Positions 33,301 through 41,158 of a stretch of 43,113 nucleotides of DNA are shown one piece after another; the first letter of the stretch is position 1, and every line of letters begins with the position of its first letter. The position numbers were made by a program, and so were the translations under genes. This stretch comes from an uncultured Steroidobacteraceae bacterium (GTDB taxonomy: Bacteria > Pseudomonadota > Gammaproteobacteria > Steroidobacterales > Steroidobacteraceae). The notes beneath the pieces were generated by a model. The model was given only the letters and a program-made list of their open reading frames with translations, was not told where the DNA came from and searched no databases. The stretch covers positions 17,749-60,861 of the forward strand of contig CAZLYG010000001.1 in assembly GCA_964563075.1 (NCBI GenBank). Direction: 5' to 3'.

Positions 33301-34329
33301 ATGGGCTCGAGCATTTCTCTCCAGGTCGACTATCTCACCTTGCCCGAGCGCGGATCGGCGCAATGGGATGGTGTGTTGGGCGTCGTCGCGTTCGCGGCCA
33401 TGCCGGCCCACCTCGATGGCATTCCCGTCGCCGAGATCAACACTCCGATGCTGGGTGTCAGTGCCCGCCTGTATGAGATCTGGCAGACCCGGCGCCCCAT
33501 CGAGTCGGGCCAGCGAGCTCGCGTGCGCTACCGCCGCGATGAGAACGTGCTGTTCGGGTGCATAGCGGTCCCCGAAGCGACAGTGAGCCCGTCCAATGGA
33601 GACAGCTCGGCTCTGCAGGCTGCCACGGGACAGGCCTATCGCGAGATCTTCTCCGTGCTGGATAGCCTGGGCTACGGGCACCTGCTGCGAGTCTGGAATT
33701 ACCTTCCCGCAATCAACGCCGACATGCTCGGGATGGAGCGCTACTGGCATTTCAACAAGGCACGCCGGGAAGCGCTGATCGCCTGCGGCCGCGCCGTGTC
33801 CGGTAACGTACCAGCCGCCTGCGCGCTAGGCTCCGCCGTGGGTAGCCCGCTGGTCATTTACTTTCTCGCGAGCAAGTCCGCGCCCGTGGCCATTGAGAAC
33901 CCGCGTCAGGCGTCGGCTTATCAGTATCCCCCGAAGTACGGCCCACGTCCGGTTTTCGCGCGTGCCAGCGTGCTCACCGAACCGGCCGCCACACTGCTGT
34001 TCATTTCAGGCACCGCCAGCATCGTCGGACACGAGACATTCCATGTCGGCGACGCCGCCGCGCAAACGCGCGAGTCTCTGATCAACATCGAGGCGTTGCT
34101 CGGGGAAGCCAACCGGATAGCGGACCCGGCGCGATTTACCCTGGGCTCGCTGGCCTTCAAGGTCTACGTGCGCCACTCCTCCGACCTGCCTGTCATCCAG
34201 GCACAAATGAATGCTGCGGCACCCTCTGCCCGGGTCGTGTACCTGAGGGCTGACATCTGCCGGCAGGACCTCCTCGTGGAAATCGAGGCCACCGGCATCG
34301 ATGACGGGCACGGCCCCAACGGCGCCTGA
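33301..34329 (+). CDS. xanB2: chorismatase, FkbO/Hyg5/XanB2 family (3- and 4-hydroxybenzoate synthase)
   Basis: LLRVWNYLPAINA...ERYWHFNKAR, RQASAYQYPPKYGPRPVFARA, LFISGTASIVGHET, C-terminal YjgF-like LLVEIEA. Context is a xanthomonadin-type cluster. Confidence 0.8.
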   Translation: MGSSISLQVDYLTLPERGSAQWDGVLGVVAFAAMPAHLDGIPVAEINTPMLGVSARLYEIWQTRRPIESGQRARVRYRRDENVLFGCIAVPEATVSPSNGDSSALQAATGQAYREIFSVLDSLGYGHLLRVWNYLPAINADMLGMERYWHFNKARREALIACGRAVSGNVPAACALGSAVGSPLVIYFLASKSAPVAIENPRQASAYQYPPKYGPRPVFARASVLTEPAATLLFISGTASIVGHETFHVGDAAAQTRESLINIEALLGEANRIADPARFTLGSLAFKVYVRHSSDLPVIQAQMNAAAPSARVVYLRADICRQDLLVEIEATGIDDGHGPNGA

Positions 34330-34332
34330 AAG

Positions 34333-35175
34333 ATGCAGAGCCTCCGTCACTCCCGCCTGCAAGCGATGCTCGTCGCTTTGACCGTACTGCTGGTTACCAC
34401 CGCCGCCCGGGCCGATGAGAAGCCATTGTGGGAACTTGGTCTGGGACCCGCGATGCTGGCCCTCAGGGACTATCGCGGCGCGAGCTCCTCGCATGCCTAC
34501 CCTCTCCCGCTCGTCTACTTCGTCTATCGCGGGAAATTCCTGCGGTCGGATCGCGAGGGGGTGAAGGGCACGATCTTCGACGAAAAGCTCGTGGAGCTGC
34601 ACATCAGCTTGAGCGCGACGCCACCCGTACGGAACGCCGCGGCGCGCAGCGGAATGCCAGGCTTGCGCTCGACCGTCGAGATCGGCCCGGAGCTGGATGT
34701 GCGGCTGTGGCGCTCGGCGCAGGAGCGGGTCAAGCTGGATTTCCTCGCAGCGGCCCGCTCGGCTATCACCATCCAGGCCAGGCCGCAGGTGGTTGGCTGG
34801 ATTGTGGATCCGCACGTGAGCCTGGATTTCGATTCCCCGGCGGGCCTGACAGGTTGGAAGCTGGGGTTGCTCACCGGCCCGCTGTTCGCGACACGCCACT
34901 ACAACGATTATTACTACACCGTGGCACCGCAATACGCGACACCCGAGCGCCCGGCCTACGAGGCCCCGGCCGGGTTTTCCGGAACGCAGATGGTCATGTC
35001 GGTCAGCAAGCGCTTTCCCCGCTATTGGACCGGCGCCTACGTCCGCTACGATACGCTCTCGGGGGCAAGCTTCGCGGACAGCCCTCTGGTGAAGCGCAAC
35101 AGCTACTGGTCGGCGGGATTCGCGGTGGCCTGGATGATCGGGCGGTCCTCGCGGCTCGTCGAGGCGGCAGATTAG
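34333..35175 (+). CDS. MipA/OmpV-family outer membrane protein
   Basis: Signal peptide, then PLWELGLGPAMLALRDYRGASSSHAYPLPLVYFVYRGKFLRSDREG, typical of MipA. Beta-strand periodicity throughout. Confidence 0.8.
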   Translation: MQSLRHSRLQAMLVALTVLLVTTAARADEKPLWELGLGPAMLALRDYRGASSSHAYPLPLVYFVYRGKFLRSDREGVKGTIFDEKLVELHISLSATPPVRNAAARSGMPGLRSTVEIGPELDVRLWRSAQERVKLDFLAAARSAITIQARPQVVGWIVDPHVSLDFDSPAGLTGWKLGLLTGPLFATRHYNDYYYTVAPQYATPERPAYEAPAGFSGTQMVMSVSKRFPRYWTGAYVRYDTLSGASFADSPLVKRNSYWSAGFAVAWMIGRSSRLVEAAD

Positions 35176-35193
35176 TTTTGACGGACGGAAGGC

Positions 35194-35994
35194 ATGTCCT
35201 ACGTGGTGCGTACGCTGAGGTCCGTCTACGAGTACGTCGCGCTGTACGTCCTGCTCATCCTGCTTGGATTGATCTGCCTGAGCTGGTCGCTGATCGCGAT
35301 CCTGCTGCACGCGCTCCCACGCCGCGGGCGCATCGTCGCCGGCCGTTTCGGCATCATGGCGGGCTTTCGACTGTATGCGGCGTTGCTCAGCCTCTCCGGC
35401 GCGTACCGGCTCGACCTGCGCGCGATCGACGCGTTACGGGGCGGGCCGCCCGTCATCCTGGCGCCTAACCATCCCTCCCTGATCGACGCTCTGCTGATCC
35501 TCACGCGTCTTCCGAACGTCGCGTGCGTGATGAAGGGCGGGCTGATGCGCAACCCGTTCCTCGGTCCCGGCTCGCGTCTGGCGCGCTACATCCGCAGCGA
35601 CATGCCGCGCCAGATGATCAAGGAAGCGGTGGCAGACCTGCGTGAAGGCGGGATGGTGCTGCTGTTCCCCGAAGGCACGCGCACGACCCGCTCGCCGATC
35701 AATCCGCTGACGGCGAGCGTCGGGGTCATCGCCAAGCATGCCCAGGTCCCGGTACAGACGCTCATCATCGAGACCGACTCGCCCTACCTGAGCAAAGGCT
35801 GGACGCTGTTCCGCCGCCCGCATCTGCCCATTAACTACCGGGTACGCCTCGGGCGACGTTTCGATCCACCCTCAGACGTCGCCGCGTTCATGGTCGCGCT
35901 CGAGCAGGAATACGAGCAGCAGCTCTCCGGCGCTCAGCGCGGTGGGCGCGTTGCGGCGCAACCGGCTGCACGGGCCGGTGATTGCGTTCGATGA
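35194..35994 (+). CDS. PlsC-type lysophospholipid (1-acyl-sn-glycerol-3-phosphate) acyltransferase
   Basis: HX4D block NHPSLIDALL, FPEGTRT block, N-terminal TM anchor. Confidence 0.8.
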   Translation: MSYVVRTLRSVYEYVALYVLLILLGLICLSWSLIAILLHALPRRGRIVAGRFGIMAGFRLYAALLSLSGAYRLDLRAIDALRGGPPVILAPNHPSLIDALLILTRLPNVACVMKGGLMRNPFLGPGSRLARYIRSDMPRQMIKEAVADLREGGMVLLFPEGTRTTRSPINPLTASVGVIAKHAQVPVQTLIIETDSPYLSKGWTLFRRPHLPINYRVRLGRRFDPPSDVAAFMVALEQEYEQQLSGAQRGGRVAAQPAARAGDCVR

Positions 35995-36755
35995 CGGGCC
36001 CTTCGCGGACCCATCTGGTTCTCATCCCCAGCTACAACCCGGGAAGCAAGGTCTACCCGACCGTCCGGGCGGCTCGCGAGCAGTGGGATCCGGTGTGGAT
36101 CGTCGTGGATGGAAGCGACGATGGCACGGCCGCAGGGCTGCAGGAGATGGCACGCAACGATCCGGGGCTTCGTGTACTGCTCAGGGAGCGCAACGGCGGC
36201 AAAGGTGCGGCAATGCTCGATGGGATGCTCGCAGCCCGCACACACGGCTTCACGCACATTCTGGCCATGGACTCTGACGGTCAGCACCCTGCCGAACGCA
36301 TCCCGGCTTTCATGGCCGCTTCCGCCGCGTGCCCGGCGGCCATGGTGCTCGGGGAGCCGCTGTTCGATGCCAGCGCCCCGAGCGTGCGCGTGCGCGGTCG
36401 CAGGATTTCCAACTGGTGGGCCAATCTGGAGACGCTCTGGGCGGGCATCCATGACTCTCTGTTCGGCTTTCGCGTGTACCCGATTGCGCCGCTCCTGCAG
36501 GAGATGCAGGCGCGGCGTTGGATGCGGCGTTTCGATTTCGATGTCGAGGCGGCGGTGCGCCTGAGCTGGCGCGGCGTGCCCGCCATCAATCTACCCGCCG
36601 CGGTACGCTACTTCCGCCCCGAAGAAGGCGGTGTCTCACACTTCAACTACTGGCGCGACAACGTGCTGCTGAGCTGCATGCACGTGCGGTTGTTCTGCTC
36701 ATTTCTGCTGCGCCTGCCGTTGCTCCTCACACGCAGGCTGCGGAAGCGGGCTTGA
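35991..36755 (+). CDS. family 2 glycosyltransferase
   Basis: LVLIPSYNPG, VVDGSDDGT, ILAMDSDGQHP (DXD). ATG 35991 overlaps the preceding stop (ATGA); the listed ORF begins at TTG 35982. Confidence 0.8.
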   Translation: MTGPSRTHLVLIPSYNPGSKVYPTVRAAREQWDPVWIVVDGSDDGTAAGLQEMARNDPGLRVLLRERNGGKGAAMLDGMLAARTHGFTHILAMDSDGQHPAERIPAFMAASAACPAAMVLGEPLFDASAPSVRVRGRRISNWWANLETLWAGIHDSLFGFRVYPIAPLLQEMQARRWMRRFDFDVEAAVRLSWRGVPAINLPAAVRYFRPEEGGVSHFNYWRDNVLLSCMHVRLFCSFLLRLPLLLTRRLRKRA

Positions 36756-37497
36756 CGGCGCGGTATTCGGAGAAGATGCCGAGCTCCACGTGGCGTGCGA
36801 CCTCAACGAAACCGGCGGCCGCGAGTGCCGACTGGATGACCGGCGGGGGTGCGCAGGCTTCGATGGTGTCCCAGTAGTAACGCATGAGCTGCGGTGTGTC
36901 GCGATGCCTGGCGACCAGGCGCGCGGCAACGGGAACCACCACTCGCATGTAGATCTTCAGCAGAGCCTGCGACAACGGGCGTTCCGGCTGCGTGATCTCC
37001 AGCAGACAAAGGCGCCCTCCGGGTTTGAGCACGCGGTGAAACTCGCGAAATGCCGCGCAGAGGTCCCCGATGTGCCGCAGGGCGTAGCCCATGCACAGAA
37101 AATCAGCCGTTGAGTCCTCCGCAGGTATGGACTCGGCGCTGCCGGAAAGGAGCCTCACACCCGCGGGGACCTTCGCGTTCTCTACCATGCCCGGTGAAGG
37201 ATCGACACCCGTCACGCGAGTGGGGTCGCCGCAGAGCCTCGCGGCCTCACGGGCCACGAGCCCGGTTCCCACGCCAACGTCGAACACGGTCATGCCGGAA
37301 CGCAGTCCCGAGGCCCACAGCGCACGACGCCGGTACCACGAACCCGTGCCGAGCGCCATGACGCGCTCTACGCGGTCGTAATCGCAGGCAGTACGGTTGA
37401 AGAGCCCGAGCAGCCAGGCACGCCTGTCCTGCTCAGTTGCGTAGTATTGCGGCAGAGGCGGATGCGGCGCGAGTGGGGTGTGAGAAGTCGGCGACAC
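36727..37497 (-). CDS. class I SAM-dependent methyltransferase (UbiE/COQ5-like)
   Basis: Motif I VFDVGVGTGLVA, post-I and motif II (FLCMGYALRH, LKPGGRLCLLE). Its 3' end overlaps the GT2 3' end by 29 nt (convergent). Confidence 0.8.
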   Translation of the reverse strand: MSPTSHTPLAPHPPLPQYYATEQDRRAWLLGLFNRTACDYDRVERVMALGTGSWYRRRALWASGLRSGMTVFDVGVGTGLVAREAARLCGDPTRVTGVDPSPGMVENAKVPAGVRLLSGSAESIPAEDSTADFLCMGYALRHIGDLCAAFREFHRVLKPGGRLCLLEITQPERPLSQALLKIYMRVVVPVAARLVARHRDTPQLMRYYWDTIEACAPPPVIQSALAAAGFVEVARHVELGIFSEYRAVKPASAACV

Positions 37498-37586
37498 AGC
37501 GCAAGGAGACTAGCTCCACCCCGGTGGCGCGCTCAACCTGCCGCAAGCGGTGAGGCGTTTCCCGCTGATGTGCGGGATCGCCCTGC

Positions 37587-37614
37587 TGGAACTGCCACGA
37601 CGGGCACGTATAAT
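37587..37614 (+). promoter_or_regulatory. candidate promoter of the ACP-to-exporter operon: TGGAAC - 16 nt - TATAAT
   Basis: Perfect TATAAT at about 37609-37614 in the 193-nt divergent region. The -35 is weak against TTGACA but contains GGAAC. Confidence 0.35.
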
Positions 37615-37659
37615 GCCGGCAGCGCAGCCAATTCAGCCATTTAGGGGGGAGGTGCGAGC

Positions 37660-37701
37660 ATGGTCTGTGCCTCCTGGATAACAGCAGGATATGTCCGATA
37701 A
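37660..37701 (+). other. possible 13-codon upstream ORF (MVCASWITAGYVR) overlapping the ACP start codon
   Basis: The strongest Shine-Dalgarno in the region (GGGGGGAGG) lies 7 nt before this ATG, whereas the ACP ATG at 37691 has none. The uORF stop TAA lies 8 nt past the ACP ATG. Confidence 0.25.
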
Positions 37702-37996
37702 AGCGTCGCCCTTGAGACAACCCGCGCCGCCTCCTGACACCGCCGACTTGCAGCTCGAGCTCGCACAGCTCATCGTCAAGGCGTTGAATCTGGAGATTGC
37801 GCCCGCGGCCATCCATCCGGGCGCCGCCCTGTATGGGGAGGGCCTGGGTCTGGACTCCATCGACATCCTGGAAATCGCCCTGGTCGTCTCGAAGCAGTAT
37901 GGAGTACATCTGCGCGCCGACAGCGAAGAGAACGGAGAGATCTTCCGTTCTCTCGGACACCTTGCGGCCTACATCGCCGCGCATCGGACGAAGTAA
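37691..37996 (+). CDS. acyl carrier protein (XanC-like)
   Basis: 101 aa. Phosphopantetheine attachment site LGLDSIDILE. Confidence 0.85.
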   Translation: MSDKASPLRQPAPPPDTADLQLELAQLIVKALNLEIAPAAIHPGAALYGEGLGLDSIDILEIALVVSKQYGVHLRADSEENGEIFRSLGHLAAYIAAHRTK

Positions 37997-39344
37997 GCTC
38001 CTGGCCACCCTCCCGCTGATCGCACACGGAGCACCGGATGCGGTGCTCGCTTACCGGGCTGGCGTGCCGGTACGGGCGAGTGAGTTTCTGGCCGATGTCA
38101 CGCGAGTCGCAGCCACGCTGCCCGCTGGCGGTCACGTCCTCAATGCATGCGCAGACCGCTATCGCTTCACTGTCGGATTTGCCGCAGCTCTCGCAGCCGA
38201 CAAGGTGAGCCTGCTGCCCTCGACGCACACTCCCGCGATGATTCGCGAGCTCTCCGTGTTCGCTCCCGACGTGTTCTGTCTGACGGACGACGGGCGCTGC
38301 GAGATCGATTTGCCGCGCACGTACTACGCCGACGCTCCGCCCGGGTATCAGTGGCCGCCACCGGAGATCGACAGCGCGCGCCTCGCAGCTTACGTGTTCA
38401 CTTCGGGCTCGACAGGCACCCCGCTCCCGTACCGGAAAACCTGGGGCCGCCTGGCGCAATGCGTGCGCGACGGCGCGGAGCGCTTCGGGCTGCTGGACGG
38501 CCGTTCCCACAGTTTGGTCGGCACCGTTCCCCCGCAGCATATGTATGGGTTCGAATCTACGGTGCTGTTGGCGCTGCAGGCTGGCGCCGCGCTGTGCGCC
38601 GAACGGCCTTTCTATCCAGCCGACATCTGCAGCGCGCTCGCCTGCGTTCCGCGACCTCGAATCCTCGTTTCCACACCCGTCCATCTGCGTACGCTGATCA
38701 CATCGGAAGTCGACCTGCCCGCGCTCGATCTGATCCTCTCGGCCACCGCTCCCCTGTCACAGAATCTGGCGCGCGAAGTGGAGCAACGCTTCGATACGCA
38801 GCTGCAGGAGATCTATGGCTCGACGGAAACGGGCCAGATTGCCTCGCGACGCACCGCCGACACGGTCGAATGGCGGTTGTGGCGGGACGTTCACTTGACG
38901 GCGGATACCGAGCGCACCTGGGCGAGCGGCGGCCACATCGAGCAGCGCACACCGATGTGCGATGTCATCGAGATCACCTCTCAGGACCGCTTTCTGCTGC
39001 ACGGCCGAATGGCGGACCTGGTCAACATCGCCGGCAAGCGCAGCTCCCTGGCCTATCTGACGCATCAGTTGAACGGGATCCCCGGGGTGCTGGATGGCGC
39101 GTTCTTTCTGCGCGAGGAGACCGCTGACAGTGCGACGACGGGCATCACGAGAGTCGCCGCGGTCGTCGTCGCTCCCGATCTGGATGCCGCAACGTTGACC
39201 GATCACCTGCGCAAGCGCATCGATCCTGTGTTCCTGCCGCGGCCCTTGCTGTTCGTCGACCGCTTGCCGCGCAATGCGACCGGTAAGCTTCCGCATGCCG
39301 CGCTGCAGGCGCTTACCTCTGCGCGACGGGGCAACGAGCCGTGA
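37962..39344 (+). CDS. AMP-dependent aryl-acid:ACP ligase (XanA2-like adenylating enzyme); start uncertain
   Basis: AMP-binding core YVFTSGSTGTPLP, YGSTETG, NIAGKR, LPRNATGKL. Candidate in-frame starts are ATG 37899, TTG 37962 and GTG 38043 (GGAG upstream). The N-terminal part of listed ORF 37797..39344 overlaps the ACP and is not credible. Confidence 0.8.
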   Translation: MRPTSPRIGRSKLLATLPLIAHGAPDAVLAYRAGVPVRASEFLADVTRVAATLPAGGHVLNACADRYRFTVGFAAALAADKVSLLPSTHTPAMIRELSVFAPDVFCLTDDGRCEIDLPRTYYADAPPGYQWPPPEIDSARLAAYVFTSGSTGTPLPYRKTWGRLAQCVRDGAERFGLLDGRSHSLVGTVPPQHMYGFESTVLLALQAGAALCAERPFYPADICSALACVPRPRILVSTPVHLRTLITSEVDLPALDLILSATAPLSQNLAREVEQRFDTQLQEIYGSTETGQIASRRTADTVEWRLWRDVHLTADTERTWASGGHIEQRTPMCDVIEITSQDRFLLHGRMADLVNIAGKRSSLAYLTHQLNGIPGVLDGAFFLREETADSATTGITRVAAVVVAPDLDAATLTDHLRKRIDPVFLPRPLLFVDRLPRNATGKLPHAALQALTSARRGNEP

Positions 39345-39655
39345 CGCGCCGCACTCTGAGCATTCCTGCGGATCATCCGACGTTCGCCGGTCACTTCCCC
39401 GGCGCGCCGATCCTGCCGGGTGTAGTGCTGCTGGATGCGGCACTTCACGCAGCCGGTACCGCGATGCCGGCGGTGAACTGGCAGATCGTGACGGCAAAAT
39501 TCCATAGCGCCGTGCGTCCTGCGGAAGTGTTGACACTCGAACACGAGACTCTGCCCAACGGCACGGTGCAATTCCGCGTACTGCGCCTCGAGAAGCTGGT
39601 CGCCAGCGGTACCCTGAAGCCGAGCACCGCGTCCCTGGAGCGACGCGATGGCTAG
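39341..39655 (+). CDS. hotdog-fold 3-hydroxyacyl-ACP dehydratase-like protein
   Basis: DHPTFAGHFPGAPILPGVVLLD is FabA/FabZ/ApeI-like. GTGA overlap with the ligase stop. Confidence 0.7.
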   Translation: MTRRTLSIPADHPTFAGHFPGAPILPGVVLLDAALHAAGTAMPAVNWQIVTAKFHSAVRPAEVLTLEHETLPNGTVQFRVLRLEKLVASGTLKPSTASLERRDG

Positions 39656-40586
39656 CGAGCCTGCTGACGCAGGCGCGAAAGCGCAGTCGCGGCTCGCAGA
39701 GTGGTCCACGCGGCGGGAGCGCGGCAGCGTCCTTCTGTTGCGGCTCATGACTGTTGTCTCCCTGCGAATCGGCCGGCGCGCGGGGCGTTTCTTTCTTTAT
39801 TTCATTGCTGCGTATTTCTTCGCGTTTGCTCCGCAGGCGCGCCGCCATTCCTATGCCTACCTGCGCAGAGCCCTGGGACGTCGGGCAACCGCCCGCGACT
39901 GGTTCCGCCAGGTGCTCACGTTCGCATCCACCATTCATGACCGCGTTTATCTCGTCAACGCGCAGTACGATCTGTTCGACATCTCGATCGAAGGTCAGCC
40001 GCTCGTGGAGCGTCAGCTGGCCGCCGGCCGCGGCGCCTTCCTGATGGGCGCACACCTCGGCAGCTTCGAGGTGACGCGTGCCGCCGGATACCAACGCGCC
40101 GGACTGCAAGTGGCCATGGCGATGTATGAGGAGACAGCCAACAAGATCATGGCGAGGCTGGCCGCGATCAATCCAGCCGCCGTACTCGATGTCGTCCACC
40201 TGGGTCGCGTGGACGCGATGCTCAAGCTGCACGACTATCTGGAACGCGGTGCGTTCGTCGGCGTCCTTGGAGACCGCACCTTCGGCTCCGAGGAGGGACA
40301 GTCGATCGAGTTCCTGGGCGCGCCCGCAAGGCTACCCACCGGTGCCATGCGAGCAGCGGCGGCCCTGCGGCAGCCGGTGATTTTCATGGCCGGGCTGTAT
40401 CGGGGCGGCAATCGCTATCATGTGGTATTCGAGGAGCTCGCGGATTTCTCCGCCACTCCCGCGGGGGAACGTCATGCCGCACTCCAGGCAGCGATCAGTC
40501 GCTACGCCGCCTTGCTGGAGAAGTACTGCCGCAGCGATCCCTATAACTGGTTCAACTTCTACGATTTCTGGGCGGGTGCGCAATGA
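39648..40586 (+). CDS. LpxL/HtrB-like (lipid A biosynthesis-type) acyltransferase
   Basis: N-terminal TM, GAFLMGAHLGSFE (H-x4-E/D-like block), GVLGDRTF, PARLPTGAMRAA. 8-nt overlap with the preceding gene. Confidence 0.7.
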   Translation: MASEPADAGAKAQSRLAEWSTRRERGSVLLLRLMTVVSLRIGRRAGRFFLYFIAAYFFAFAPQARRHSYAYLRRALGRRATARDWFRQVLTFASTIHDRVYLVNAQYDLFDISIEGQPLVERQLAAGRGAFLMGAHLGSFEVTRAAGYQRAGLQVAMAMYEETANKIMARLAAINPAAVLDVVHLGRVDAMLKLHDYLERGAFVGVLGDRTFGSEEGQSIEFLGAPARLPTGAMRAAAALRQPVIFMAGLYRGGNRYHVVFEELADFSATPAGERHAALQAAISRYAALLEKYCRSDPYNWFNFYDFWAGAQ

Positions 40587-41158
40587 GGCTGCCGGCGCTC
40601 GTGACCCTCATCGCGCTGTTGTTGGGGCCGATGGCGATGGCGGCGGCGCAAACGGATCTCGACAAGGTCATGAGTGCGCTCGCACAACGCAAGCACGGCC
40701 ACGTGACGTTCGTCGAAGAGAAGTTCATTGCGCTGCTGGACAAGCCGGTCCGGTCCTCCGGGGAACTGCTGTACGACGCACCCGATCGCCTCGAGCAGCG
40801 CACTCTGAGCCCGAAGCGCGAAACGCTGGTCCTCCAGAGCGGAGTGGTGACCGCGGACCGGGGCCGCCGCCACTACGTACTGAACCTGCGCCAGTATCCG
40901 CAGATCGTGCCGTTCATCGAGAGCATTCGCGCCACGCTCGCGGGCGATCGCGCAGCGCTGGAGCACGTATTCCGGCTGAGCTTCGGCGGAACGTTCGACG
41001 GCTGGACGCTCACTCTGGTGCCGCTGGATGAGACGCTCGCGCATACGATCAAGCAGATCGACATCGACGGCACGCAGGCGGCCATCCACAAGGTTCAGAT
41101 CCTGGAGGCGGACGGAGATCGCTCCGTTCTCACGATCGGCCCCGAAGTGACGGAATGA
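40583..41158 (+). CDS. LolA-like outer membrane lipoprotein carrier family protein
   Basis: Signal peptide, about 190 aa, F.E.K....L..P..SSG.L.Y..P..L pattern (FVEEKFIALLDKPVRSSGELLYDAPDRL). ATGA overlaps on both sides. Confidence 0.7.
   Translation: MRLPALVTLIALLLGPMAMAAAQTDLDKVMSALAQRKHGHVTFVEEKFIALLDKPVRSSGELLYDAPDRLEQRTLSPKRETLVLQSGVVTADRGRRHYVLNLRQYPQIVPFIESIRATLAGDRAALEHVFRLSFGGTFDGWTLTLVPLDETLAHTIKQIDIDGTQAAIHKVQILEADGDRSVLTIGPEVTE

Noticed and set aside
34006-40232. 434-aa (34006..35310) and 491-aa (38757..40232) minus-strand ORFs inside the pigment locus
   Set aside because: They are shadow frames opposite MipA/PlsC and the ligase/dehydratase/acyltransferase genes. No domain signatures and a biased Arg/Gly/Ala content.
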